NCBI GenBank assembly: GCA_977862235.1
Contig: OZ374557.1
Location: forward strand, 2,418,001-2,482,000
Direction: 5' to 3'
DNA length: 64,000 bases
From: Dudresnaya verticillata
Lineage: Eukaryota
In this document: positions 51,400-62,680 of the stretch, piece by piece
How positions within the stretch are numbered: position 1 is the stretch's first letter
How the letters are laid out: every line of letters starts with the position of its first letter
Translations under genes and position numbers: made by a program
Notes under the pieces: generated by a model
The model's database searches: none
The model's input: only the letters and a program-made list of their open reading frames with translations
Told to the model about the DNA's origin: nothing

Positions 51400-53782
51400 T
51401 CGGTAGCATACGTCCGTAGCAAAACGTTTACTACTTCGGTATAGGTGCGAAGCATCTCTGCTTGCTCCTCATCGACCGCCATGGTGCCACCAGCGAGACG
51501 GACTTGAAGCAAAGCTTCAGCCTGTCCACTTAAGAAAAACTGAAAACGCCACAGTGCGGTCCCTTCCAAAATGGAGTTAATGTCACACGCATCCTTGAAC
51601 TTCGCGAGAAATCCAAGCACGGTGATGGGTCCGTACCGTTAAAGGAGTGGGACTTCATTTGTACCTCCAGCTTTTTGCGGATGCGTCCCATATTCTGGGA
51701 CAAGCTAGAGCTGTAGTATGAACTCTTTTTCTCCAGTCGGTATGTTCGGAAATCCAGCGCCTTCATGAACCTGTCGTTCAGGGGCCGGATTACCTTTGGG
51801 AGTGGCCTGTCGACCTCTCGGTGTTTGGCGTCGCGTTTTCTGGCCCGACACCGCTCGTCCCTATCCGTATCGGAGTAGCTCGTATCAGAGCCGGATGAAT
51901 GGGAGGATTCATGACCTCTTCTGCGCCTATGGCGCGACTTGCACTCGTTCTTCTTCCTATTGCGGTGCCGGCTATCATCAGATTTCGTACCGGAGTGTTC
52001 TTTGTCCCGTCGCGAAGCGCGTTTGCTCCGTTGCGAACCGTCACGTTCCTTATCGGAGTGCGAGTCCTTGGCCTTTCTGTCAGCACTGTCTCTACCACTC
52101 CAGTCTTGGCTTTTTTCTTGGAGTCACTATCGGAGTGCTCACTGCCTCTACGCGAAGCCACCAGCACGGTGATACGTTCCCCCACAGGCACTTCTGCGGG
52201 TCCAGGGACTGTAATCCGATTCAGATGGGGTTGGTGTGTTGGATCCAGTTAGGTTATTGAGTTTGGCTAGGTAACCCAGGGGCTGCCGCTGTCCTTACCG
52301 GATCGGGCGAAAACACCTGAGTGGGGATTTCTGGCATATACGTCGTTTCTCCCTTGACCGGGAAGCTATTCCGTATCGGTGTAGGTCCAGAAAAGGGCTG
52401 CTCTTTGGGTCCAGGTAGGGGTTGCCCAGGGGTGAGCATCTGCTCGATCTCCGACGCTTGACGCTCCTGACGGATGAGCGTCTGCACCAACTCTGGAAGG
52501 TGTTTCTCCTGGTAGGAGCTAACAATAACCGGAACGGTGTCGGCGAGCGTGGTCTCAACCTCCTTGACCATGTTGGGTTGCACCTCTATACGGAGATGCT
52601 CCAAAACCCGTGGGATGACTTCCCAAAGTATCCAATGGACACGATGGAGTCACCTGGCTTGGAGAAACCTATGCGGGAAGTATCTGAACCAGGTCGGGAC
52701 CTAGAGAGCTTACTGGCTACACCTTTAAGGCGTTCTTCGGGGTTCTCCATACCGGGTTTCAGGTCGGCAGCATCACCACGGCGTGTTTTCGTGGCTGAGG
52801 CTACCTCCGGTTCGGTGGGCGCACTGTGGCGTGTTCTCTAAGTACAGGGCACCTACGGGATGGTGTTATCGTCACCGCGACGTGATCGCGCGGTTGACGG
52901 CACCTCACCTTGATCCGATACGGAAGGGTCCATATGTTCTTCTATTCTTAGGATACCAAAACGGTCTCAACGAGTGTTTTGTCTTGTCTTGCCTTTACAC
53001 CAATACGGAGTTGTCACAAAGCTGATCTTCTAACGATGTGGAGTCCAACGGAGATTCTTCTACCTTGACGGTTTTCTAGGTCGGGAGACCAAAAGATGTG
53101 GTCTAGTGAAAGGCACACCTGTAAGGAGAGCTGATCAGGCAATTCCAATAAGGAGTGATCTCACACGGCACGGGGGTGGTAGAGCTTAGTTCGTAGACCG
53201 AAGGGAGTACCTCGAGCGGCAACACCTGTAAGGAGTAAAGGGACGCAACAGGCAAGGGGGACGGTACAGTTCCAGGATAGCTACACCGGGATGGAGGTAA
53301 GATGAATCCGTGCACGGGACTGGCGAGGGGAAACCATGAAGGAGGATGAGGGTAAGGCTTAGGGTAAGTCACTTTTCCCAGGATTGCGTACCCGTTTGCT
53401 GCAGGACTCGCGGTGGCCACCCATTAATATACTGGGAGATACGACCCACGGTCTGGTCCGTGTGGGCCAGACCCCAATGGGTCTGGTCCACCAGGTGGGC
53501 CCGGCCCTACTGGTCGCGGTCGCCGTTGCGGACATGCTCGCCATTCTCATTGGCCGGCTGACACTACGTACTGTACAGCATTATTACAATTACCTAGTTA
53601 CAAATAAATCAACTACTTGGCTCCTATTGGTGGTGCGCGCAGACTCCAGCAGGGCATACAGTGCTACAGTATCGCTGCACTCCCGCCTCGACTTTTGGCG
53701 CGCGCTTAGCAGAAAGCGGGTTATCGACGCTCGCGCGTCGGATCGCCCGCCGTCCGCGCTCCGAAACGGCGACTTCACCACA
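51400..53782 (-). mobile_element. E7: 5' part of a Gypsy element (family-B LTR 53097-53782, PBS 53075-53091, gag remnant)
   Basis: TGTGGT...CACCACA; same PBS; gag ALDFRTYRL, SFNGTDP, FLAKFKDACD, LLRTYATD. Confidence 0.85.
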
Positions 53783-54126
53783 CCGGTCCGTGGGGGCCAG
53801 ACCCTAGTGGTCTGGTCCTATGGTGGAATCGGCCCTGCTGGTCCCAATCTCCGACACGGACATGCGTAGTATTTTCATTGGCTGGCGCACTACTCTATAC
53901 ACTGTACAGATACTCACTAAAAATAAAGAATAGATACCATAAATACTCCGCTACGGTTGGTGCGCTCCACATACAGTACAGCGATGGGTACTAGTGCATA
54001 TTAATGCGCACGAAACCGATACGGTTACAAGTTGTCAGATCATCAGCGTGGCGTATTGCCACGTCATCCGTTACGGTTGGCTCGCCGTCGATGCGCCGCA
54101 TGCGTCCCACGACTCACTTCACCACA
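53783..54126 (-). repeat. Family-A LTR fragment (target of E7)
   Basis: Reverse complement of 13249-13590. Confidence 0.9.
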
Positions 54127-55262
54127 GTGGTGTTGCCTACCGCTCTACCACTACCGTTGTAGGACGATACTACCCTCCAGGCCCCGAACACCAGGATGTG
54201 CTATCCGTCAAGAGACGGTTTGGACAACAGTGAGCACCTTCTGGCCGCCAACTACGTCTCCAAGCAATCGGCACCGCCGCACACCCATTACTAGTGCCCG
54301 GATATCCGCCCACGCAGTGAATTATGTTCAGTATCGTGCTTCCGTTTGGGTGATGTGCCTTCTTCTACCTACCCTCTGTATTCCTCCCGCGCTACCACCG
54401 CTATCAAGTACCCGCTCTGTGGCTATCTCATGGAGTGCACTCCTTGCGTTCACAAGAAACCTAAAAGGCACTTCCTTAGAAAAGTCTAGAATTGTATCGC
54501 AAATCACGTATACTGCGGCTGTTACTGTTTTTCAGCCACGCGGAGAAGGAGATCTCTGATTTGGCCCAGACCAAATGTAGTTTGTGTCGGTTCCAGCAGG
54601 CGTACTTATCCAAGACGCCGACGCAGCCCCCCAGGGGTGCGAGGCACCGTTCTTTCCCGCCAACCCCACTCGCGCCTGTCCCACAGGCCTGTCTTCCGCT
54701 GACACACCACTTCACCATCTTCTTTCTTGCAGCTCCGAGTACCAAAAATCACATACATTTATTTAAGTTAGATCTTATAGCACAACAACGACGCGCTCAG
54801 TACACTTTGTTGAGCTCTTCGAACTGGATACATGGCTGGTAGCAAAACGCTTCCCATCCAAAGTCCACAACATCTATTATTGCAATAAAGGGGGGTCGGG
54901 TAATTCTGGAACAAATGGCAATTATGGAACGCTGAATTTGAGGCAGTAAGCCCAGACTGGCTTCACCTTCCGACCACCACTCTCACTTGGACGACGCCTA
55001 CTGGCGAACAATATGGACGGTTTAAAAATAAATCTACCCAATGGACGCGCGAAGCTGAGTTTGTATAATGGCGCGCATTTCGTAATCAGCGCGCGAGCGG
55101 CCATGCAAAGCGATGCAAAAGCCATCTGCTGCCCCCTCACAGTTCCCTCCCTCGTCGACCTTGCTCACCGGCTGCTGGAAAGTTTCGCGCACAAACGCTA
55201 CCGCAATTGCCATGTCTCCGGGACAAAACAATGAAATCAACCGCAGGCTCGTCGCTGCCGCT

Positions 55263-56036
55263 TGTAGTATAGCTGTCAGCACCCTACCAGCAGCGGCTGT
55301 AAGGTATGCTGGCAGCCCTGCGCTGTAATGGTGCACACGATGACGCCCGCTGGTGAGTCGTGGTTGGGCAGCGTGCCCTTTGTTTTTCGTTGAATTAGTA
55401 GCGGTCGACCGCATTGCTGCCGGCAGCGGCCGCGCGCCGTGCCGCACACGGCGCGCCCCTGTGACGCTCTCCGGCACCGATCCGTTGAGAGGACCGCTGC
55501 CCGTTACGCCCCGCGCGCGCCCACGGGTAACCGTTACCCGGACGTGTCGACACGTGTATGGGCGCGCGCTCGCACACCTCCCGCGTTGGTGTTGTGGGGC
55601 GCACCTACTGTAGAAGTAGTCGTAGTGCACATAGTGGAGGGTATTTAAGACCGTCGGCCATCGACGGCTCAGTAAAGCGGGCAAGCAACAGCTCGCGCTG
55701 AAGCTTGCCCCCAGCCTTTTCGGGTTCGATCCCTTTGTCTTACGCCAGTGGGCGGTTTCCCCTTTTTCCCCTTGCCTCGCTAGGCTTTCCTCTTTCCTTT
55801 TCCTTTCCGTCGGCTTCGTGCCGCCCTTCCACAGGGACGCTGGGATCCGGCCGCTGCCTACCCGCGTACGGTACGCCCCGTGCGCGCTCCGGAATCGACG
55901 CCGTCGATCCGCACCTGCGGGGCGCACGCGGCCGACACCGCTCTACCAACCCCAACAGCTACCCATCGACGGGTCTGTGTGGCGGCTTCGGACCAGCAAG
56001 TATCAGACGTCGGATCGACCCGACGTCTATACTACA
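55263..56036 (+). mobile_element. Solo LTR (family D)
   Basis: TGTAGTATAG...CTATACTACA; TSD CCGCT at 55258-55262 and 56037-56041. Confidence 0.93.
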
Positions 56037-56964
56037 CCGCTCGCGCTGTGAACGAAGGACAAACTTTTCGAGCAGCGGCAGCTGCTTTCCGCGTCAGTGT
56101 CGGTACCCTACATCGCCGTGTGAAGCAGACGATCGACAAGCCTTCAGCGAGGCCCGGCAGGAAAATTGCCCTTCAAGCCAAGGAAGAGCAAGTCCTCGTG
56201 GAGTTCCTGCTTCGCTTTGCTCACCGAGGCATTCGGTTGACACAAGAACACCTCCGGCAGGCTGTTCAAATAGTTGTCAACGGTATGTCTCCAGGAAGGC
56301 GTTTGCTACTGCCCTTCAAGAACGGCTCACCGGGCATTTCTTTCCTACGGAACTTCAGGAAGCGCCACCAAAAGCGACTTGCATTCTGCAAACCGTTGCG
56401 TCAAGAGGCCAAACGTTTTGCAGCCGTAAACTGCGAGGTTTTAACAACACATTTTGCTACTTTGGAGAAATTGCTCACGCAACACGCACTGGACGCAAAC
56501 CGGATATTCAACCTCGACGAGAGCGGAGCTACGCCCGAGAGGGATATCACAGTGGCATGTTCTCGCCGTCTCATGCCACGAAACGGATCCCGAGACATGC
56601 GCTTGGCAAACTTTAAGAAGATGGATCGTATCACAATGATGCCTGTCATCTGTGCTAATGGAGATACCGCTCCGCCTCTTTTCGTTTTCCAGGGAAGGAA
56701 GGTTCCGTTTCGCACCGTACTTAGGAACGGTTTGGTATTTTCCGAAGCTCCCATATGCAACCTACCCGCACATTCCACATGTGCATACCGTGAGGAGAAT
56801 GGAAGTGTTGATACGGTCAACTTTCGAAAGTGGGTATACAAATTCGTCCACCACGTCCAACATCTAACCGCAACCGGTAAAGTACTTCTGATCTACGATG
56901 GTTATCGCGCACATCTTTCGTTGGAGGTTCTTGAAATACTGGGGCAGCACAATGTGGTAGTGTA

Positions 56965-57799
56965 TGTGGTATAGACGCCATCCGGGAAAAGACTCCGTGG
57001 CCTACGTGAAAATAATCGAGAAATACGAATTTCGAAATGACTCCGTGAATGCGCACGCCACGATGGCAAACGTATTACAGTGCGCATACTGTGCGCGCGC
57101 CACGATGGCATTCGCATTACAGCACGCACGTGATACGAAATCGCTGACACCTCCGGACGAATCCCGAGCCGACTTCGTGATCGCGCGCGCCACGATGGCA
57201 TTCGCATTACAGTGCGCACCCGATACGAAATCGCTGACACCTTCGTGACTTTCCCGTTGTTTCCCGCGCGTAACGGCACCGGGGCCCGCGAGACACACGC
57301 ACCTCCGTATGCATCGCTGGCGCACTTCGCAACCGCCACCATACGTGAGGCGACCGTTCGCTGGCACCGAGGCCGTTACGAATCATTCGAGTACGAATCG
57401 TCTCCCGAGTTGACACGCATTCGTGCTCACGTAGTAGTACTTAGCCAGTCGTCTGGCACAACCTCCGAAGGTTTTCGGTAAGCGACTAGCGCCCGGACCT
57501 CGGAGTCTTCGGTAAACGCCTGTTTCTTCGAGTTCGGTGTCTTCGTATTCGTGACCGCGGATACGGTCGAGCCTCTCTTTCGATACCCCCGCGCACCTAG
57601 AGTCATCTCCGGTGATCGAGGTCTCCCTTCCGCACACGAATACGTTGACACCGTGGTCCTTCGTGTTGGTCGCTCCGCTCTACCACGCTACCACCCCTTT
57701 TCGTTTCTCCGTTACGCTACGAGGCCATTCGCTAGGCTCCGAGGCCATTCCTTACAGTTCGAGACTTCCCCCCGTCACCGTGGACTTCGTTATACCACA
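56965..57799 (+). mobile_element. Solo LTR (family E)
   Basis: TGTGGTATA...TATACCACA; TSD GTGTA at 56960-56964 and 57800-57804; internal repeats GCCACGATGGCA..TTACAG x3. Confidence 0.93.
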
Positions 57800-59164
57800 G
57801 TGTACGCATTGCCAGCCCATACGTGTAGTGCAAACGTCTGTGACGGAACACCGCCGAGCAGTTCGGGGCTCGGTGGGTAGCGACGCCCGTGGCGATGAGT
57901 AACCTCGCCTTGGGCGACTGCTGGTAGAGCGGTTGACTCACCTTGGGCGGACTGTAAACGCCCGAGGCGGAAAGGAAGAACAAAAGAGAACAGAAAGGGA
58001 ACACGTCAAGGACGGGTAGAGACGTGGAAGCACGGGAGGTAGACGCTTAGCCGTAGGCAGCGGTAGGGTACGCGCGTACTGAACGGGGAAGTCTGGACCA
58101 AGGCCGGCTTGCCGGGGTTTACTGTGACGTCTGAGACGGATCAACTAAGTATAGAATTACCTAGCGCGGCGACGCGTGCGTAGGCACCGCGCGGGGACTC
58201 GGGACACGTGTTGTCCCGAGGCGCGTCTGACAGATCCGCCCGTCATGCAGCCACGCTCCCGATAGATCGCGCGTAGCTCCCCGGTCGAGTCCTTACACCT
58301 GCACGTGGATTACTTCCTTACAGCCGCATGCGCCTCATGGCGCGTGCGATCTCGATTCGCGCCAATCCCGATCCAGTCCGGATTCGGGCCAGCCATGCGA
58401 TGCGGGTGCGCCAAGCTTACAGGCGCGGGCCTTACACTTCCTAATCCCGATGTCGGATCCCGATGTGGGATCCCGCTTGGATCCGGATTCGGGCCACGCT
58501 TACAGCGAACGTTCCTGCCACTGCGCCACGCGCGTACGCGTGGCGCCGTACAGTGCCCCGGGTTCAGGCGTGCGGTCTGCACGCCAAACGAGCCGTTCTG
58601 GCCCGAGTGGCCAGCGGTATGCGTCGGTGACGTGTTTGCGCCGCGGGCGGGTTGAGCGCGCCGTTGGCGGTCGTCCGTCGGTAGACGCTACATATCAACT
58701 CGCTTGAAAGCGAAAATGGGGGACCCCCCTGGCACTACACGACCCCCTCCGAAAACGCGAACACGTCCATTTGCTTCAGCCTGCCCGCCCACCTGCGTCC
58801 GCGTCGTCTTCCAGTGCCGATCGTGTTGGTCGCCCGCATTTGCCCGCCCTTGGCGTTGGTTGAGCCCCGTCAAAGACGCACGTGCAGTTTCCCCCGCCCT
58901 TGGCGTAGGAACAATTCCCGTCGAAGACATGTCGTTGACCAACTTCGCCAGTGGCGTGCGTGAAACCCCGTCGTTGACGTCGTATCTGTGCACGCGTGTG
59001 TACGCTTATCGCCTAGGGCGTTGTTTAGTCCAGCGTCGTTGACGTGTGTTTTTGTGTGCTTCCGCCCTTGGCGTAGTTGACGCGACTTCGGAGTCCCAGA
59101 ACCGTCGTTGACGTATCATGCGAACTCCGCCAGTGGCGTGTGATTACTCAACGTCGCAGACGTA

Positions 59165-61471
59165 ATGGCACAGTTCAATGGCCTACGAGTGGCTGCGCCT
59201 TCGGCGGCGCCAATGTATCCGTCACCATTCGACTTTGTCGGGAGGACTCCTCGCAACAATGCGCGCTTATTCTCGCGAGCCCCCTGGTTCGACCAGGAGG
59301 CTCTGCGACACGAGGAACTCATCACCCATTACGCTGTGAGAGGATTGTTGCCAGGGGAGTTGCCCCTGGCCGTCGTGTGGACGAACGAGTGGCGCCATCG
59401 GTGCGCCATTCCGAGAGGTTGGCTGCGTATTGCCGCCGGTCAGACGCGTGCAGATGCGCATGCGCGTTTCGTCGTTGACGTGTATCGGCGGTTTACCCGT
59501 TATCCCGGGTCGGTATTGACGCCCACCGTCTTTGAATTTGACGCAGGGCAGTACCGCACAAATGGCGAGGTTGGGTATGGGGACCGTCTTGGGACGTTGT
59601 CATTAAGCTATGTGGCTGTTTCGGCTGAACCGCGGGTGCTTCAGGAGGCTAACCTCCTTGGTGTACGCTTGAAAGCGGATTTCCGATACTTACATAGGAC
59701 GGGCACCTTCTATTGGGAGCGCTGCGTCCGTTGGGAGTGCGAAATGCGCCGCCGCAAAGGCGTTTTTGTGCCGTATCAAGATACGCAAGTCGATCGCATT
59801 GAGCGGGAAAAGTTGCCGCATTGCTTCATTCGTGTCCCGCCGTTGTGGCGGGACTTTGAGGTCTGCGAGGGCTTTGCGGCTGAATTGCCTCCGTGTGTCA
59901 CGTATATTGGCTCCGAGTTGCGGACGGATCCGTACTCCCGATGTTGGATCGTGTTTTTCACCGAGTGGGTCGTCAACGTAACTTACGCATGGATGTGGGA
60001 GGTGTATGACACCTTCCGGCTCTATTATGTGCCGCCACGCGTAGTCAGTCTCCATGGCGGGCTTGACTTGACTGAAGTGCTGGGCGGTGCCAGGAACTGC
60101 CAAGAGTTCTGGGATCTACGCCATGTGGCGGATAACGTCAACTGGGACGACCCGGCTGCTGTGCCGTCGGGAAACAGGCGCCGTAAGGCAAACCGTCCGC
60201 GTTACGCGATGAGTAGAAATCATTCCGCCTGTGGCGATTGGGTGTGGTACAACCCGTGGACCAAACGTCTTACGACGGAGAACATCGCTGAGAGTCATCG
60301 TCGTACGGACCGCTTCACGCCAGCGAATCACCCACGTGGGTTGCGCAAGAATTGCGACTTTGCGGGGGATTTCCCACCCCACTTAAGCGCCTTGATGGCG
60401 GAGGAGGATGCGTTTCACGCTAACAGCGGACCGGTTAACCCGTCTGGGACGGACGTCGTTACGCCTATGGCGGTTGAGCTTACTGCAGGGGCGTCAGCTC
60501 CCGCGACGATTTCGCCAGCGGCGGTAGGACCGTCGGCTGTGGTGCCTGTTGGCTTGCCGTCGGTTGCGCCGTTGGACCTCTCGGCGCCCGTCGAGGACGG
60601 TGATGGTGATGCCATTATGGCTGCGCCCGTGGCGAGTTCTGCGTCTGCAATTACGCCTCAAGGCGGCTTATCTAACGTCGTTGACGGTGCGAATCGCCCT
60701 CCTGCAGTGCCAGAATGGACTGAGGAGCAGCGCCGCACGGTGCTCGCGTTCTTGCGAGCCACCGGTGTCGTCACTGACGGGTCGGGTGGGTCATCCACGA
60801 CGCCCCTTGGGCACTCGCTGCTGGCTGCTCTGCAGCCCAGCGTTGCTGCGGTTCCGGTGTCGAGCGTCGTTGTGACTGTGCCGTCTAACGACGAAGGTGC
60901 GGCGTCTAATGACGGAGTGGCGAAAAAGCCTTTGTCGCCTAAGGCGGGTTGTGCGGGTTCGTCCGCCATTGCGTCCTCTGACGTTGTTGACAAAAGTCCG
61001 CCAAAGGCGAGTGCGGTGGCAGCACCTACGGCGGCTCCGCAGGCTCCAGTGGTCTCTTCGTCGGTGACGGATGTTGATCGTTCAACGCCTTTGGCGGTTA
61101 ATGCGGTCCCGTCACCGGAGGTACCGGGGCCGTCGACTTCGCCCAAGGCGTTTGAGGATGCTCCGCCGCCAAAGGCGAGTGAGCTTCCTGGTGTAGCACC
61201 TGAGGCAGATAATGATTCTAACGTTGCGCCTATGGCGGTTGACGAACAGTCGTCGCCTAAGGCGGATTGTGAGCCAGATGCGGCGCCAGCGGCGGATGTC
61301 GCGACTTCGACAGCAGTGGTTGTGGCGGGTCCCTTGCGATCCGTCCCTGCCCCTGCTGCGAGCGCACCGTCGGTGACGGAAGACGACCTCTACGAAGAGG
61401 CGTTAAGAGAATCCGCTAATGGCGTCGGGGATGATGCCCCATCTGGGCCGTCTGCGACGGAAAAGCCGTAG
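59165..61471 (+). CDS. Intact 768-aa antisense accessory protein of E6 (unknown N-terminal domain + Pro/Ala/Ser-rich tail)
   Basis: Longest open frame in the window, ATG to TAG; homologous copies in E2 and E4. Confidence 0.88.
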   Translation: MAQFNGLRVAAPSAAPMYPSPFDFVGRTPRNNARLFSRAPWFDQEALRHEELITHYAVRGLLPGELPLAVVWTNEWRHRCAIPRGWLRIAAGQTRADAHARFVVDVYRRFTRYPGSVLTPTVFEFDAGQYRTNGEVGYGDRLGTLSLSYVAVSAEPRVLQEANLLGVRLKADFRYLHRTGTFYWERCVRWECEMRRRKGVFVPYQDTQVDRIEREKLPHCFIRVPPLWRDFEVCEGFAAELPPCVTYIGSELRTDPYSRCWIVFFTEWVVNVTYAWMWEVYDTFRLYYVPPRVVSLHGGLDLTEVLGGARNCQEFWDLRHVADNVNWDDPAAVPSGNRRRKANRPRYAMSRNHSACGDWVWYNPWTKRLTTENIAESHRRTDRFTPANHPRGLRKNCDFAGDFPPHLSALMAEEDAFHANSGPVNPSGTDVVTPMAVELTAGASAPATISPAAVGPSAVVPVGLPSVAPLDLSAPVEDGDGDAIMAAPVASSASAITPQGGLSNVVDGANRPPAVPEWTEEQRRTVLAFLRATGVVTDGSGGSSTTPLGHSLLAALQPSVAAVPVSSVVVTVPSNDEGAASNDGVAKKPLSPKAGCAGSSAIASSDVVDKSPPKASAVAAPTAAPQAPVVSSSVTDVDRSTPLAVNAVPSPEVPGPSTSPKAFEDAPPPKASELPGVAPEADNDSNVAPMAVDEQSSPKADCEPDAAPAADVATSTAVVVAGPLRSVPAPAASAPSVTEDDLYEEALRESANGVGDDAPSGPSATEKP

Positions 61472-62680
61472 CGTTATTGGATCGTTAAGAACGGTTCGTG
61501 GACGCGAGAGTGCGTATGGTGTCGCTCCGCTTGTCCCGCAGCGGGGCAGCGAGCGAGGGATTGGTACGTCATAGACGGTTAGTGCCGCGTCTCGTGACGT
61601 AGGTTGTAGTGGAAGGTCATACGGGCACGGGGGTTACCCTTGCTTGTGAAGCCCGAATAAACTTGACCGTTGTCGAACGTAGTTGTTTTTGTCTCCACTT
61701 GATGTAGAGCGCTGCGATAGCGAATAGTAGGTAGCCGACGGGTCCCGTTCGTATAGACGTTGTTGTTGTCTGTCCGCTGTAGTAGCGGTTGCGTAAAAGC
61801 TTGGGGCGGTGCCGCCTTGCTGGCGTTTTTCTTCTTTCTTGCTGCCGCTACAGTAGCGTAAGCCTTTTTTGGAGGGCCCATGTTCTTATGCCGACTTAGT
61901 CGTTTTGTTCAAATCATGATTCCGCTTGTTGAGCGAATATGTAGTTGGGGAGCCGTTTGTCGGTAGGCTTTTCGTCCTCGACGTAGGGCATGTTGGGTTA
62001 GCGTCGGGGACGACTAGCTTGGCGATGCGCCGCGCGTTGGACGCGTTTCTTGAGACTCCTGGGTGTGGCTACTGCGCCCAGCGGCGGATCATTTTTGCGA
62101 TTAGCGCGTCGTGCACGAAACGTAGCCCAACTCCGTCTTCGACGACTGTTTATTCTCTCGTGTTTGCGGGCGACCCCTTTTTCGACTTGAGACACGTCGT
62201 TGACGTTCGCGAGCGTCACCCTCGAGGCGGTTGCGTGCGCCGCCCGTAAGGGTGACGAGTTTCAGACTTGGCCGTGGGTGGCGCGCCTGGCCGAGGACGT
62301 TGGAGACGGTTTGTCGTGTCCATGCTTGGTTGCCTCCTCGTGGGCGCTCGTAGTGCTGGGGTACACACTTGTCAGGTTCCCGTTTGTTGGGCGCCGCCGC
62401 CTCGCTGGTGCCCGCGTTATTATTTTCACATTAAAATTTTCCATTTCGTTCGTTGCCCGATTTCGTGTGGTGCGTGCGCCCTCCACGCATTCTGACTACT
62501 GTCAGCCGTTCTGTCCTTACGGACCCCCTCCGAAGAGGGTTGCCTATTCTCGTGTCGCCAACCCAATCGTCCTTGATCCGGTTGATTACAGCCCCAGTCG
62601 TCCGTAACGAGTGCACGTCCGCGTCAATCCGTATGAGGATGTGGTGTGTGTTTCGCTTCCAGCCCCCACCCTGGCTAGGG

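Larger units (their letters stand above)
54888..57823 (+). mobile_element. pogo/Tigger/Fot1-like DNA transposon (left part), interrupted three times
   Basis: Putative left end after TA with AATT(C/A)TGGAAC direct repeats at 54902-54930; transposase downstream. Confidence 0.7.
55212..57823 (+). pseudogene. pogo-family DDE transposase (HTH + CENP-B-like HTH + DDE_1) in pieces 55212-55262, 56042-56964, 57805-57823
   Basis: Removing the inserts gives MSPGQNNEINRRLVAAA-RAVNEGQTFRAAAAAFRVSVGTLHRR...RIFNLDESG...PPLFVFQG...LLIYDGYRAH...VVVY-ALPAHT in one frame. Confidence 0.9.

Noticed and set aside
41088..54126. Single family-A LTR split by a 12-kb insert
   Set aside because: The two fragments overlap by about 30 bp and outer flanks (TTCTT vs GTGGT) do not form a TSD.
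57050..57245. CRISPR-like spaced repeats
   Set aside because: Only 2-3 irregular copies with repeated spacers inside a solo LTR; no cas genes; eukaryotic context.
57915..57965. tRNA-Tyr-like sequence (TGGTAGAGC..GGACTGTAAA) as a tRNA gene
   Set aside because: No T-arm or cloverleaf; pieces are separated and lie inside LTRs, so treated as primer-complementary motifs.
59165..61471. Retroviral env gene
   Set aside because: Antisense orientation and no signal peptide or transmembrane segment.
62262..62486. Short ORF MEGARTTRNR.. shared with 31064-31396
   Set aside because: Non-ATG start, frames diverge after about 25 aa; explained by DNA similarity of sister elements.
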